The notes: a model not told the origin generated them from the letters alone. A DNA stretch of 57,141 bases from Gammaproteobacteria bacterium (GCA_038924245.1 JBCKVB010000004.1:1-57141), one strand, 5' to 3'; counted from the stretch's first letter, positions 24,540 to 37,697 are shown. Made by a program: numbers and translations.

Positions 24540-25676
24540 ATGCAACACCATGATGCAGTCATCGTAGGCGGCGGGCCGGGCGGCTCCACCGCAGCGTGGA
24601 AGCTTAAACGCGCGGGCCTCGACGTAGTGGTGCTGGATAAAAAAACCTTTCCGCGCGACAAGGTGTGCGCGGGCTGGATCACGCCCAAGGTTGTGGATGC
24701 GCTGGAGCTTGATCTGGATGAATACCGCGCGGGCCGCGTGCTGCAATCCTTCACCGGCTTTCGCACCGGTTGCCTGGGGCAGGACGGGATTGAAACGGCC
24801 TATGGCGAGCCGATGAGCTACGGCATACGCCGCTGTGAATTCGATCACTATTTGTTACAACGCTCAGGCGCGCGGCTCAAGCTCGGCGAACCCTTGCAAT
24901 CGCTGCGCCGTGAAAACGGCGAATGGGTCATCAATGAATCGCTGCGCGCGCCGCTGCTGATCGGCGCGGGCGGGCACTTCTGCCCGGTGGCGCGCCACTT
25001 GGGCGCCAAACTGGGCGGTGCTGAATCGGTGGTCGCCGCGCAGGAAATCGAGTTCGCCATGAGCGAACATCAGAGGCGGGAATGCCGCGTGGCGGAGCAA
25101 ACGCCGGAGTTGTTTTTCTGCGCCGACCTTAAAGGCTACGGCTGGGCGGTGCGTAAAGGCAACTATCTCAATATCGGCCTGGGGCGCGAGGACAATCACA
25201 AACTTTCCGCGCACGTGGAGGCGTTCTGCGCGCTCCTTAAGCAACAAGGCAAGATTCCGCGGGACATCCCGGATCATTTCAACGGCCACGCCTATCTGCT
25301 GTACGCGCACACGCCCAGAAAAATCGTGGACGACGGCATGCTGCTGATCGGCGACGCCGCCGGGCTGGCCTACCCACAGAGCGGCGAAGGCATACTGCCC
25401 GCGATTGAGTCCGCCCTGCTCGCCGCCGATGCGATAATGGCCGCAAAGGGCGATTATTCGCGCGCCGGACTTCTGCCCTATGAGGGCAAACTTATTGCCC
25501 GCTTCGGCCGGCGCATCGGCAGCCGCAGGCCCTACGCCGTGATCGAGAAACTGAAGCGGATCGCCGGCAGAAAATTGCTCGCCACGCGCTGGTTTTCACG
25601 TCGCGTGGTGATTGAGCGCTGGTTCCTGCATTCCGATCTGCCCCCTTTGCAGGTCAGCCAGTTCCTCACGCGATAG
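24540..25676 (+). CDS. Geranylgeranyl-reductase-like FAD oxidoreductase
   Basis: VGGGPGGS, FPRDKVCAG, IGDAAG, GEGI. Confidence 0.85.
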   Translation: MQHHDAVIVGGGPGGSTAAWKLKRAGLDVVVLDKKTFPRDKVCAGWITPKVVDALELDLDEYRAGRVLQSFTGFRTGCLGQDGIETAYGEPMSYGIRRCEFDHYLLQRSGARLKLGEPLQSLRRENGEWVINESLRAPLLIGAGGHFCPVARHLGAKLGGAESVVAAQEIEFAMSEHQRRECRVAEQTPELFFCADLKGYGWAVRKGNYLNIGLGREDNHKLSAHVEAFCALLKQQGKIPRDIPDHFNGHAYLLYAHTPRKIVDDGMLLIGDAAGLAYPQSGEGILPAIESALLAADAIMAAKGDYSRAGLLPYEGKLIARFGRRIGSRRPYAVIEKLKRIAGRKLLATRWFSRRVVIERWFLHSDLPPLQVSQFLTR

Positions 25677-26325
25677 CCAGCAGCGCCGTGTCCTGTTGCA
25701 GATCGGCTTTATTATTGCGCGCGCGCAGCAAGGTCCAGTAATCGAAAAGATTCACCGGCGTCTGCTCGATAACCTCCAGCCCGGTGTCATCCAGAAAATC
25801 TTCCAGGGAAAAATCCGGGTGAAATCCCAAAAGCCGGGACAGCGGCGCGATAAGGCGCTCCACACCGCCGATCACGGGATTGGCGTGCCGGAAGTGATTC
25901 ACGATGTACAACTCGCCGTCCGGCTTGCACACCCGGCGCATCTCATCCACCAGGCGCGCGGGATACGGCACCACGGAGGCCACATACATCGCCACCACCT
26001 TATCGAAGCTGTCGTCGGCAAAACGCATCTGTTCCGCGTTCATCTTGTGCAGCGCCGCAACGTGATGCAAGCCGTCGTTTTTGGCGCGCGTCCTGGCGCG
26101 CGCCAGCATCTCGTCCGATACGTCTATGCCTGTGATTTGCACCTCGCGCGGGTAAAGCGGCAGGGACAATCCGGTGCCGACACCCACTTCCAGAATGCGC
26201 TGCCCCGGCCGGCAGTTCATCTGCTCGATGACCGCGCGCCTGCCCGGCTCAAACAACGCGCCGAAATAAAAGTCATAACGCTGAGCGTAACGCCGGTAAA
26301 CCTTTTCGACGGCTTCGATATCCAT
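25666..26325 (-). CDS. Phosphatidylethanolamine N-methyltransferase-like (PmtA) class I MTase
   Basis: VYRRYAQRYD, LEVGVGTGLSL, VNHF. Confidence 0.75.
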   Translation of the reverse strand: MDIEAVEKVYRRYAQRYDFYFGALFEPGRRAVIEQMNCRPGQRILEVGVGTGLSLPLYPREVQITGIDVSDEMLARARTRAKNDGLHHVAALHKMNAEQMRFADDSFDKVVAMYVASVVPYPARLVDEMRRVCKPDGELYIVNHFRHANPVIGGVERLIAPLSRLLGFHPDFSLEDFLDDTGLEVIEQTPVNLFDYWTLLRARNNKADLQQDTALLAIA

Positions 26326-26402
26326 GCAGGCCACCTCGCTGTTATCAGGCTTCAAGTATATTTTCGGGAACAGCACAAAACAAGCAAGCGCGAATCAAGC
26401 CA

Positions 26403-26702
26403 TCAGCGCACCCTGCACTCGTTTACCACGTCCTGCAACGCCATGCACATGCGCTGCATGTCTTCATCCGGATAGGGAGTTCGGGTGAGAAATGTTTTAT
26501 CCTGCACGCTGATCAGTCCGGCAGGCAACTCTTCGGCGCGGCTGATTTCATCATAAACAATGGCCCCGCCCCTCACGCGCGGCCCCACCACGCGGTAACC
26601 GCGCGCGCGCAGTGTTTGAATCAAGACATCAAGCTGACTCCGCTTCAGCAGCCCCGCCCCTGGCATGACCGGTTCTCCATTCACCGTGCCCAGCATAGCC
26701 AA
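26403..26702 (-). pseudogene. N-terminal fragment of a sulfhydrogenase-beta/AsrA-like subunit fused to unrelated sequence
   Basis: LDVLIQTLRARGYRVVGP...GAIVYDEI...LPAG resembles the N-terminus of this family; no Fe-S cysteines follow. Confidence 0.5.
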
Positions 26703-26816
26703 CTCCGCACGGCCTGTCCTGATCTATATCAAATAAATTTATCTAAGGCGATTGTGAGCCGCACAGGGAGGCGCGCGGCACAGCGGAAAGGAATTGAGAA
26801 ATATGCTACTGTATTT

Positions 26817-26903
26817 TGGTACCGAGGGTCGGAATCGAACCGACACGGTGTCACCACCACCGGATTTTGAGTCCGGCGCGTCTACCAGTTCCGCCACCCC
26901 GGC
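26817..26903 (-). tRNA. tRNA-Leu(CAA)
   Basis: Cloverleaf with long variable arm, CCGGA-CT-CAA-AA-TCCGG, GGTTCGATTCC, encoded CCA. Confidence 0.96.
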
Positions 26904-26953
26904 TTTTTGGCATTATAGCATGCCGTTTCTTTTCAAGGCCGCCCCAAACATCC

Positions 26954-29108
<2,155 letters not shown>

Positions 29109-29145
29109 TTAACGCACCGTTTGCAAATAACAATCAGGTACTCCC

Positions 29146-29475
29146 ATGAACTTCTTCATATCCGACGCTTACGCACAAGCCGCCCCCGCCGGCGGTGAAA
29201 CCGGGCTGCTGACCTTTTTGCCCATCATCATCCTGTTTGTGATCTTTTATTTCCTGCTGATGCGCCCGCAAATGAAGCGCGCCAAGGAACACAAAAACCT
29301 GCTCGCCTCGCTCGCCAAGGGCGATGAGGTGGTGACCAGCGGCGGCCTGCTGGGGCGCGTCACCGAAATGGGCGAGGACTTTATCAGTGTCGAGATCGCG
29401 CCCGGCGTGGTCAGCAAGCTGCAAAAGCACGCCGTCTCCGCCGTCATGCCTAAAGGCACGCTGAAAGACGCCTGA
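29146..29475 (+). CDS. yajC: Preprotein translocase subunit YajC
   Basis: FYFLLMRPQ, GDEVVTSGG. Confidence 0.96.
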   Translation: MNFFISDAYAQAAPAGGETGLLTFLPIIILFVIFYFLLMRPQMKRAKEHKNLLASLAKGDEVVTSGGLLGRVTEMGEDFISVEIAPGVVSKLQKHAVSAVMPKGTLKDA

Positions 29476-29497
29476 GCAGCCGCTCTCCGCCCTGATT

Positions 29498-31354
29498 ATG
29501 AACCAGTATCCCCCGTGGAAATATGCGCTGATCTTCCTCGTGGTCGCGGTGGGCGTGTTATACAGCCTGCCCAATCTCTACGGCTCTGATCCAGCGCTGC
29601 AAATCTCGGCCACACGCGCCGCCAAGGTGGATGTCACGACGCAAAGTAAAGTCGAAGAGGCGCTCCAACAGGCTGGATTAACCTATAAATCCATCGTTCT
29701 GGAAGGCCCCGCTTTACTGGCGCGCTTCACCGACACCGACACCCAACTCAAGGCCCAGGACGCGGTCAAGGCCGGTTTGGGCGAGAATTACGTGGTGGCC
29801 CTGAATCTCGCCCCACGCACCCCGGGCTGGCTGCTCAAGCTCAACGCCCAGCCCATGTACCTCGGCCTCGATTTGCGCGGCGGCGTCCACTTCCTCATGG
29901 AAGTGGACATGGATGCGGCGCTCGCCCGGGTGCAAGAGCGTTACGTGAGCGACATCCGCACCCTGCTGCGCGATAAAAAGCTGCGCTATGTCACCATCGC
30001 GCGCGGCGACCAGGGCGTGGAAGTGAAATTCCGCAGCGCCGAGGAACGTAACCTGGCGCATGACGTAGTGCGCAATGATTTCCGCAACCTGCTGCTCAAG
30101 GAACAGGACAGCGCGGACAATTTTTACCTCATCGCCAACCTGAGCGAGACGGAAATGCGCGACGAACGCAAGTTCGCGCTGCAGCAAAACATCACCACGC
30201 TGCGCAACCGTGTTAACGAACTGGGTGTGGCCGAGCCCGTCATCCAGCAGCAGGGCGACAGCCGTATCGTGGTGCAACTGCCCGGCGTGCAGGACACGGC
30301 GCGCGCCAAGGAAATTCTGGGCGCCACCGCCACCCTGGAGTTCCGCCTGGTGGATGAAACCAACAGCGTCGCTGAGGCGGTGGCGGGCCAGGTACCCATA
30401 GGCTCCAAGCTGTATAGGGTACGCGACGGCGGTAACACGCTGTTGAAAAATCAGGTGATGCTCACCGGCGAATCGATCATAGACGCCGCCTCCGGCCTGG
30501 ACCAGCAAGGCGGCGGCCCGGCGGTGTTCATCACCCTGGACGGCCAGGGCGCGGCCATGATGAGCAATGCCACCAAGGACAACATCGGCAAACAGATGGC
30601 GGTGGTGTTCATCGAAAGCAAGAGCGAGACGCGCATCGTGGACGGCCGGCCGGTGAAGATCAAGGGCAAGAAGGAAGAGGTCATCAACCAAGCGGTGATC
30701 CGCGACCGCCTGGGCAAACGCTTCCAGATCACCGGCCTGGATAGCACCGAGGAGGCGCGCGACCTGGCCCTGCTGCTGCGCGCGGGCGCGCTGACCGTCC
30801 CCATCGAGATCGTCGAGGAACGCACCGTCGGCCCCAGCATGGGTGCGGAAAATATCCAACAGGGCTTTAACTCCACGCTCATCGGCTTCGCCGCCATCGC
30901 CGTGTTCATGACGATTTACTATTATTTCTTCGGCGTCATCGCCAGCATCGCGCTCAGCGTCAACCTCATCCTGCTGCTCGCGGTGATGTCCATGCTGCAA
31001 GCCACGCTCACCCTGCCCGGCATCGCCGGTATCGCGCTCACCGTGGGCATGGCGATAGACGCCAACGTGCTGATCTATGAACGCATCCGCGAGGAGTTGC
31101 GCAATGGCAACAGCCCGCAGGCCAGCATCGCCGCCGGTTACGACCGCGCGCTGACCACCATCATAGATGCCAACATTACCACTCTGATCGCGGGCTTCGC
31201 CCTGTTCATGCTGGGCTCCGGCCCGATACGCGGCTTTGCCGTGACTCTCTGTATCGGCATACTCACCACCATGTTCAGCGCGGTGCTGGTGTCGCGCGCC
31301 ATGGTCAACCTCATCTATGGCAAGCGGCGCAAGCTCGCCAGACTGGTCATTTAA
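29498..31354 (+). CDS. secD: Protein translocase subunit SecD
   Basis: LGLDLRGG, RNRVNELGVAEP, GMAIDANVLIYERIREE. Confidence 0.98.
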   Translation: MNQYPPWKYALIFLVVAVGVLYSLPNLYGSDPALQISATRAAKVDVTTQSKVEEALQQAGLTYKSIVLEGPALLARFTDTDTQLKAQDAVKAGLGENYVVALNLAPRTPGWLLKLNAQPMYLGLDLRGGVHFLMEVDMDAALARVQERYVSDIRTLLRDKKLRYVTIARGDQGVEVKFRSAEERNLAHDVVRNDFRNLLLKEQDSADNFYLIANLSETEMRDERKFALQQNITTLRNRVNELGVAEPVIQQQGDSRIVVQLPGVQDTARAKEILGATATLEFRLVDETNSVAEAVAGQVPIGSKLYRVRDGGNTLLKNQVMLTGESIIDAASGLDQQGGGPAVFITLDGQGAAMMSNATKDNIGKQMAVVFIESKSETRIVDGRPVKIKGKKEEVINQAVIRDRLGKRFQITGLDSTEEARDLALLLRAGALTVPIEIVEERTVGPSMGAENIQQGFNSTLIGFAAIAVFMTIYYYFFGVIASIALSVNLILLLAVMSMLQATLTLPGIAGIALTVGMAIDANVLIYERIREELRNGNSPQASIAAGYDRALTTIIDANITTLIAGFALFMLGSGPIRGFAVTLCIGILTTMFSAVLVSRAMVNLIYGKRRKLARLVI

Positions 31355-31356
31355 TC

Positions 31357-32292
31357 ATGGAATTTTTCCGCATCCAACGCGACATCCCGTTCATGCGCTC
31401 GGCGCGCACGACGATACTTATCTCCACGCTGGTCTTCGCCGTCGCGATTGTGCTGCTCATCGCACGCGGCTTGAATTTAAGCATTGAGTTCACCGGCGGC
31501 ACACTGATCGAGGCGCGCTATGCCCAGTCCGCGCAGCTCGACCCCATCCGTGAAGCACTGGCAAAAAACGGCTTCAAGGATGTCTCGGTGCAAAGTTTTG
31601 GTTCGATACGCGATGTGCTGATACGCCTGCCCAGCCAGGAAGGGATCAGCGGCGCACAACTGAGTGAAAGGGTATGGGAAACCCTGCGCGCGCAGGACAG
31701 TTCCGTGGAATTGCGGCGCGTGGAGTTTGTCGGCCCGCAGATTGGTGAGGAGCTGGTGAACGACGGCGGCCTGGCCCTGATTCTGGCGTCCATCGGCATC
31801 ATGCTGTATCTCGCCATGCGCTTTGAATGGAAATTCTCGGTCGGCGCCATCGTCGCCACCGCGCACGACGTGGTGATTGTTCTTGGCCTGTTCGCGCTGT
31901 TTCAGTGGGAATTTTCCCTTTCCGTGCTGGCCGCGGTGCTCGCCATCTTGGGCTATTCGGTGAACGACACGGTGGTGGTATTCGACCGCATCCGCGAAAA
32001 CTTCCGCAAGATGCGCACGGGCACGGTAGCGGAGATCATGGACAACGCCATCACGCGCACCTTGAGCCGCACCATCATGACCGCCTTCACCACGCAATTG
32101 ATGGTGCTCGCCATCCTGTTCCTGGGCGGCGAGACGCTGTTTTATTTCGCGCTCGCGCTCGCCATCGGCATCATGGTGGGCATCTTTTCCTCGGTGCTGG
32201 TGGCCAGTCCCATCGTCCTGTGGCTCGGCATCTCGCGCGCCGACCTCATGCCCGCCAAAAAGGAAGGCGAAGGCGATGCACAGCCGCCTTAA
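31357..32292 (+). CDS. secF: Protein translocase subunit SecF
   Basis: [22 protein letters not shown]. Confidence 0.98.
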   Translation: MEFFRIQRDIPFMRSARTTILISTLVFAVAIVLLIARGLNLSIEFTGGTLIEARYAQSAQLDPIREALAKNGFKDVSVQSFGSIRDVLIRLPSQEGISGAQLSERVWETLRAQDSSVELRRVEFVGPQIGEELVNDGGLALILASIGIMLYLAMRFEWKFSVGAIVATAHDVVIVLGLFALFQWEFSLSVLAAVLAILGYSVNDTVVVFDRIRENFRKMRTGTVAEIMDNAITRTLSRTIMTAFTTQLMVLAILFLGGETLFYFALALAIGIMVGIFSSVLVASPIVLWLGISRADLMPAKKEGEGDAQPP

Positions 32293-33731
32293 GTCCTGCG
32301 CCAGGTGGTTCCCGTGGGGCCGTCCTCTAAAACAATATTCCGCGCCTTGAGCAAATCACGGATACGATCCGATTCAGCCCATTTTTTGTTTTCGCGCGCG
32401 GCGTTGCGCTGCTCTATGAGTTCCTGAATGGCTTCATTACTGTAGCCGGTAGCATTTAAGGTTAAACTTTGCAGGCTGCCGGAGAGCGTGCCAGCCGTGC
32501 CTTGCAGATAGCTGTCCGCATCGCCCTGCAGCAGCCCCACTATTCCGCCCAACTCGCTCAAGCGCGCGCCCAACTGCGCCGCCTGCTGTGCAGCATCCTG
32601 GGCGCGCAGGGTGTTGATTTGGCGCGCAAGGTCAGACAACACCGCGAACGCCTTGGGGGTGTTGAAATCATCGTCCATGGCGGCCATGAAGCGTCTGCTG
32701 TACTCATCTCCTGAGCCGAGGACTGAGGACTGAGGACTGAGTATCGCCCCAGGCAAACCACGCAGGGCGGTGTAAAAGCGCGTCAAGGCGGCGCGCGCGT
32801 TGAGCAGGTGTTCCTCGGTGTAGTTCAGCGGGCTGCGGTAGTGGCTGGACAGAATAAAATACCGCACCTCTTCGGGATGATAATGCTTCAGCACCTCGCG
32901 CACGGTGAAAAAATTACCCAGCGATTTGGACATCTTTTCCTCGTCCACCTGCACGAAGCCGTTGTGCATCCACACGTTAACGAACTTGTGTCCGGTGGCC
33001 GCCTGCGATTGCGCGATCTCGTTCTCATGGTGCGGGAACTGCAAATCCAGCCCGCCGCCGTGGATGTCGAAGTGCTCCCCAAGGCAGTGCATGGACATGG
33101 CCGAGCATTCGATATGCCAGCCCGGCCGGCCCGCACCCCAGGGCGACTCCCAGCTCGGCTCGCCCGGCTTGGCGGACTTCCACAGCACAAAGTCCAGAGG
33201 ATCGTCCTTGGCCTCATCCACGGCGACGCGCGCGCCGGCGCGCAGGTCTTCCAGTTGCTTGCCCGACAAGGCGCCATAAGATTTAAAGCGGCTCACGTCG
33301 TAATACACATCGCCGTTGTGCGCCTGATAGGCGTAGCCCTTGTCCAGTAATTTTTGAATCAGGGCGATGATCTCGCCGATGTGCCGCGTGGCGCACGGCT
33401 CGTGATCGGGGCGCAACACGCCCAGACGGTCACCATCTTCGTGCATCGCCTGGATAAAGCGCGCGGTGAGCACGCTGTAGTCTTCGTGATTTTCCTCTGC
33501 GCGGCGGATGATTTTGTCGTCAATATCGGTGATATTGCGCACGTAAATCACTTTATAGCCGAGCTGGCGCAAGTAACGCACCACGCTGTCAAACACCACC
33601 AGCACGCGCGCGTGGCCCAAATGGCAATAGTCGTACACCGTCATGCCGCACACGTACAGGCGCACCTCGCCCGGCGTGATGGGTTTAAACGGCTGCTTGG
33701 ATCGGGTCAGGCTATTGTGAATGTATAACAT
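32289..33731 (-). CDS. cysS: Cysteine-tRNA ligase
   Basis: [28 protein letters not shown]. Confidence 0.98.
   Translation of the reverse strand: MLYIHNSLTRSKQPFKPITPGEVRLYVCGMTVYDYCHLGHARVLVVFDSVVRYLRQLGYKVIYVRNITDIDDKIIRRAEENHEDYSVLTARFIQAMHEDGDRLGVLRPDHEPCATRHIGEIIALIQKLLDKGYAYQAHNGDVYYDVSRFKSYGALSGKQLEDLRAGARVAVDEAKDDPLDFVLWKSAKPGEPSWESPWGAGRPGWHIECSAMSMHCLGEHFDIHGGGLDLQFPHHENEIAQSQAATGHKFVNVWMHNGFVQVDEEKMSKSLGNFFTVREVLKHYHPEEVRYFILSSHYRSPLNYTEEHLLNARAALTRFYTALRGLPGAILSPQSSVLGSGDEYSRRFMAAMDDDFNTPKAFAVLSDLARQINTLRAQDAAQQAAQLGARLSELGGIVGLLQGDADSYLQGTAGTLSGSLQSLTLNATGYSNEAIQELIEQRNAARENKKWAESDRIRDLLKARNIVLEDGPTGTTWRRT
32711..32741. repeat. Heptamer repeat (GAGGACT)x3+ inside cysS
   Basis: ctgagcc gaggact gaggact gaggact gag; encodes [10 protein letters not shown] in frame. 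Confidence 0.85.
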
Positions 33732-33759
33732 GCGGGATTATTTTGATTGATGATTAGGA

Positions 33760-35169
33760 TTATTGTGCGGCGGCGAGCAGGCGCCGCCCGGTGCGTTCCA
33801 CGCCGAGCAGGGGCAGGATATGCGCCATCTCCGGCCCGTCCAGCTCGCCGGTCAATGCCGCGCGCAGCGGCTGATACAACGTCTTCCCGCTCTTGCCCGT
33901 CAGTATCTTGACTTCATGGGCGAGCGCCTTGAAGTCATCGGGGTACTTTCTGAATGCGGCGGCGGCGTGTTGGAAGAACTCATGGCCCGCATGCGCTATC
34001 ACCTCGCGCGCAGTCTGGCTCAGTTCCAGATGATCGTCAAACAGGATCCGCGCCCATAACAGGGCGTGCTCCGGCAGCGTGATGTTATGGCGCACTGCCT
34101 GCACAAACGCGCTGCGCTGTGCGTCCGGCGCCTTTTCGTGCACCTTGCAGCCCATCCACGCCCACAACTCATCGGTATCGGCGCGCCCCAGCGCCAGTTG
34201 CTGCCAGTGCTGCAACTGGGCATTGTCGAAGCGCACCGGCGAACGGCCTAAATGAATCAGATCGAATCCCGCCGCCAGGTCATCGAAACCCAGCAGTTCA
34301 TTGCTCTCATAATGATGGCCGAGGCGCGCCAGATAATTAATAACCGCCTCCGGAAGATAACCGGACTCGCGCAGCTCATGCACGCTGCGGCTGCCGTGGC
34401 GTTTTGACAAAGGCGCGCCGTCCGGGCCGACAATCATGGATAAATGCGCGTAGTGCGGAATGTCGAGCCGCAAGGCTTGCAGCAACAGCATCTGGCGCGG
34501 CGTGTTGCTGAGATGATCCTCGCCGCGCAGCACGTGGGTGACGCCCATGAGCGCATCATCAACCGCGTTGCTGAAGAAAAACGCCGGCGTGCCGTCGGCG
34601 CGGCGGATGATGAAGTCGCCGATGTCGCCGCTGGCAAAGCTTTGCGGCCCGCGCACCAAATCCTCAAACTGCACCGTCACCCCCGCCGGTATGCGGAAGC
34701 GCAACGTGGGCTGCAAGCCCCGCTCCAGCCTGGATTGTATTTCCGCCGCGGACAGGTGCTCGCAGACACCGGCATAACGCGGCGGCCGTCCGCTCGCCAA
34801 CTGCACCTTGCGCGACAGCGCAAGCTCCTGGGCGCTGCAAAAGCAGGGGTAGGCCAAACCCTGTTCCTCCAGCATGTTGAAGTAGCGCTGGTAAATATCG
34901 AGGCGCTGTGACTGGTGGTAGGGGCCGTGCGGCCCGCCCGCCTCCGGCCCCTCCTGCCACGCCAGGCCCAGCCAGCGCAGGTCTTCCTTCAGCGCCTCGC
35001 CATAGCGCTCCGCGCTGCGCTCCAGGTCGGTATCTTCGATACGCAGCAGAAAAATTCCCCGGCGGTGGCGCGCGTACAGCGCGCTGAACAACGCCACACG
35101 GGTATTGCCCATGTGTATATGGCCGGTGGGGCTGGGGGCGAAGCGGGTCTTGACGAGGGCAGGCAACAT
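33760..35169 (-). CDS. gltX: Glutamate-tRNA ligase (probably a GluRS2-type paralogue)
   Basis: RFAPSPTG, HMGN, RIEDTD, RGEDH, LSKR, PLRAALTG. Confidence 0.92.
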   Translation of the reverse strand: MLPALVKTRFAPSPTGHIHMGNTRVALFSALYARHRRGIFLLRIEDTDLERSAERYGEALKEDLRWLGLAWQEGPEAGGPHGPYHQSQRLDIYQRYFNMLEEQGLAYPCFCSAQELALSRKVQLASGRPPRYAGVCEHLSAAEIQSRLERGLQPTLRFRIPAGVTVQFEDLVRGPQSFASGDIGDFIIRRADGTPAFFFSNAVDDALMGVTHVLRGEDHLSNTPRQMLLLQALRLDIPHYAHLSMIVGPDGAPLSKRHGSRSVHELRESGYLPEAVINYLARLGHHYESNELLGFDDLAAGFDLIHLGRSPVRFDNAQLQHWQQLALGRADTDELWAWMGCKVHEKAPDAQRSAFVQAVRHNITLPEHALLWARILFDDHLELSQTAREVIAHAGHEFFQHAAAAFRKYPDDFKALAHEVKILTGKSGKTLYQPLRAALTGELDGPEMAHILPLLGVERTGRRLLAAAQ

Positions 35170-35255
35170 AGGCTATTAATTATAACTTCAAAAGGCATTC
35201 CGGCGGGCCTAAACTGAACTATCCGGTCCGCGAACGTACTAGCGAGGCGTGGCAC

Positions 35256-35921
35256 ATGAAAATCCTTATCGCCGGAGCAACCTGTCTGCTGTTCAGCGCC
35301 TGGCTTTACGCCGAACCGCTCGATGAGCGCTACCCTGTCGTGCGCATCCAGACCAGCCAGGGGGATATCGTATTGCAGCTTGACCGCGAGAAGGCGCCCA
35401 AGACCGTGAAGAATTTTTTAACCTACGTAAGTGTAGGGGCTTATGATGGCACGCTGTTTCACCGCGTCAGCAAGGATTTCATCGTCCAGGGCGGAATCTA
35501 TGACAGCGGCTACAAACTCCGTCCCGCCCATGCTCCCATTGAAACAGAGGCCATGAACGGGCTGAAAAACAAGCGCGGCGCCATCGCCATGGCGCGCGAC
35601 TATGAGCCCAACACCGCCACCAACCAGTTCTTCATCAACCTCGCCGACAACATGACGCTCGACCATCACGCCCCGGAACCGGGCTACTGGGGTTATACCG
35701 TGTTCGGCAAGGTTATCCAGGGCATGGATGTGCTGGAGCGTATCGCCGCTATCCCCTCCGGGGCGGCGGGTGCTTTTGAAAAGGAGGCCCCGCTTAGCCC
35801 CATCATCGTCAGCAAAATTAATACGGAATCCTCCACCGTGGCCGGACTTGACACGGAAAAACCGCCCAGGATGAGCCCTGAGCGCATCGCGTCTAAAGCC
35901 TCTTCCAAAGCCAAAAAATAA
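35256..35921 (+). CDS. Cyclophilin-type peptidyl-prolyl isomerase with signal peptide
   Basis: APKTVKNF, FHRV, AMAR, QFFIN, GYTVFGKV. Confidence 0.93.
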   Translation: MKILIAGATCLLFSAWLYAEPLDERYPVVRIQTSQGDIVLQLDREKAPKTVKNFLTYVSVGAYDGTLFHRVSKDFIVQGGIYDSGYKLRPAHAPIETEAMNGLKNKRGAIAMARDYEPNTATNQFFINLADNMTLDHHAPEPGYWGYTVFGKVIQGMDVLERIAAIPSGAAGAFEKEAPLSPIIVSKINTESSTVAGLDTEKPPRMSPERIASKASSKAKK

Positions 35922-35985
35922 CCTCACTTTCACCCCCTGCGCGCGGCGCCATTACACCGCCGCGCGCAGGGGGGGCCGGCATCCC

Positions 35986-36711
35986 ATGACCCTGTTTATC
36001 TCCGATCTCCATTTATGCGCAGAGCGCCCGGCGATCACGCAATTGTTCATCGAGTTCCTCGCCCAACAAACCAGGGGCTGCGATGCTTTATATATACTGG
36101 GAGATTTATTTGAAGCCTGGCTGGGAGATGATGCTGACGCGCCGGACAGCGCGCGCATCATCTCCGCGCTGCGCGCGCTGCGCGACGGCGGCACCATGAT
36201 CTATTTTATGCGCGGCAACCGTGACTTTCTGATTGGCGAAAAATTCGCGGCGCTGAGCGGCTGCCGGTTATTGCCCGATCCCAGCGTGATTGACCTCAAC
36301 GGCGTCCCCACCCTGCTCATGCACGGCGACACCTTGTGCACGGATGACGCAAGCTATCAGCGTTTCCGCCGTCTGGTACGCAACCGTTGCAGTCAATGGC
36401 TGTTTCTGAAACTGCCGCTGGCACTACGCCGCCGCATCGCGCGCCACCTGCGCGCGCAAAGCATGAGCCGCACGCGGGGAAAGCCCCCCGCCATCATGGA
36501 CGTAAACGCACATAGCGTGGCGGCGGTGATGCGTCAACACCGGGTCACGCGTTTGATACACGGCCACACGCACCGCCCGGCGGTGCACGATTTCGAGCTG
36601 GACGGCAAACCGGCACAGCGCATTGTTCTGGGCGATTGGTACACGCAGGGCAGCGTGTTGCGCTGCGACGCGCGCGGCCTGCAGCTCACCACCTTGCCCG
36701 TGCCTAGCTGA
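35986..36711 (+). CDS. lpxH: UDP-2,3-diacylglucosamine hydrolase
   Basis: FISDLHL, LGDLFE, GNRDF, HGD, HGHTH. Confidence 0.96.
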   Translation: MTLFISDLHLCAERPAITQLFIEFLAQQTRGCDALYILGDLFEAWLGDDADAPDSARIISALRALRDGGTMIYFMRGNRDFLIGEKFAALSGCRLLPDPSVIDLNGVPTLLMHGDTLCTDDASYQRFRRLVRNRCSQWLFLKLPLALRRRIARHLRAQSMSRTRGKPPAIMDVNAHSVAAVMRQHRVTRLIHGHTHRPAVHDFELDGKPAQRIVLGDWYTQGSVLRCDARGLQLTTLPVPS

Positions 36712-37637
36712 TGGCGCTCATGCAAACCTTGATCGAAAAAGCCCTGCCGCAGTTGCACACCCTGCGCGACCTCATCCGCTTCGGCGCGAGCCGCTTCAAC
36801 GAGGCCGGATTGTTTTTCGGGCACGGTACCGGCAACGCTCTGGACGAAGCCGCCTGTCTGGTGCTGCACGCGCTGCACCTGCCGCCCAAAATCCCCGATG
36901 AATACCTGCGCGCGCACCTTACTGAAGACGAGAAACGCAGCATCGCCGCGCTCTTCCAGCGGCGCATCGAAGAACGTCTGCCCGCGCCCTACCTCACGCA
37001 CGAGGCGTGGTTCGCGGGCTTGAGCTTTTACGTGGATGAGCGCGTGCTGGTGCCGCGCTCGCCCATCGCGGAACTGATCGAGCGCGGTTTTGCGCCCTGG
37101 ATTGAGGAAGGCCACGTAGCGCGCATCCTTGATATCGGCACCGGCAGCGGTTGCATCGCCATCGCCTGCGCGCACGCCTTCCCTCATGCCGAGGTGGACG
37201 CCACCGACATCTCCCAGGATGCCCTGGCGGTGGCGCAAATCAACATTGAACACCACGGATTGGAAAACCGTGTGCACACCGTACAGTCCGATTTATTCAG
37301 CGCGCTCACGGGGCAGAGGTACGACCTCATCGTCAGCAATCCGCCTTACGTGGACGCCACCGACATGACCTGCCTGGCGGAGGAATTCCGGCGTGAGCCC
37401 GCCATGGCGCTCGCCGCCGGGCAGGACGGCCTGGACTGCGCGGCGCATATCCTGCAACAGGCGCGCGATCATCTCACCCCGCATGGCATCCTGGTGGTGG
37501 AAGTCGGCAACAGCCAGCCCGCGCTCACGCAGCGTTATCCTGAGATACCTTTCGTGTGGCTGGAATTCGAGCGCGGCGGCGGCGGCGTGTTCCTGCTCAC
37601 CGCGCAACAGCTTACGCAGTATCACGCGCATTTCTAA
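36711..37637 (+). CDS. prmB: Ribosomal protein L3 glutamine methyltransferase
   Basis: FGHGT, LVPRSPI, DIGTGSG, SNPPY. Confidence 0.96.
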   Translation: MALMQTLIEKALPQLHTLRDLIRFGASRFNEAGLFFGHGTGNALDEAACLVLHALHLPPKIPDEYLRAHLTEDEKRSIAALFQRRIEERLPAPYLTHEAWFAGLSFYVDERVLVPRSPIAELIERGFAPWIEEGHVARILDIGTGSGCIAIACAHAFPHAEVDATDISQDALAVAQINIEHHGLENRVHTVQSDLFSALTGQRYDLIVSNPPYVDATDMTCLAEEFRREPAMALAAGQDGLDCAAHILQQARDHLTPHGILVVEVGNSQPALTQRYPEIPFVWLEFERGGGGVFLLTAQQLTQYHAHF

Positions 37638-37697
37638 ATCGGTAAACCCGCCTGCGTACCGGAGCTTTATGCAGCAACAACCGGGGGCAATCAGAGC

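Noticed and set aside
26816-26953. N-terminal extension of QueA
   Set aside because: Overlaps tRNA-Leu antisense; true start is 26954
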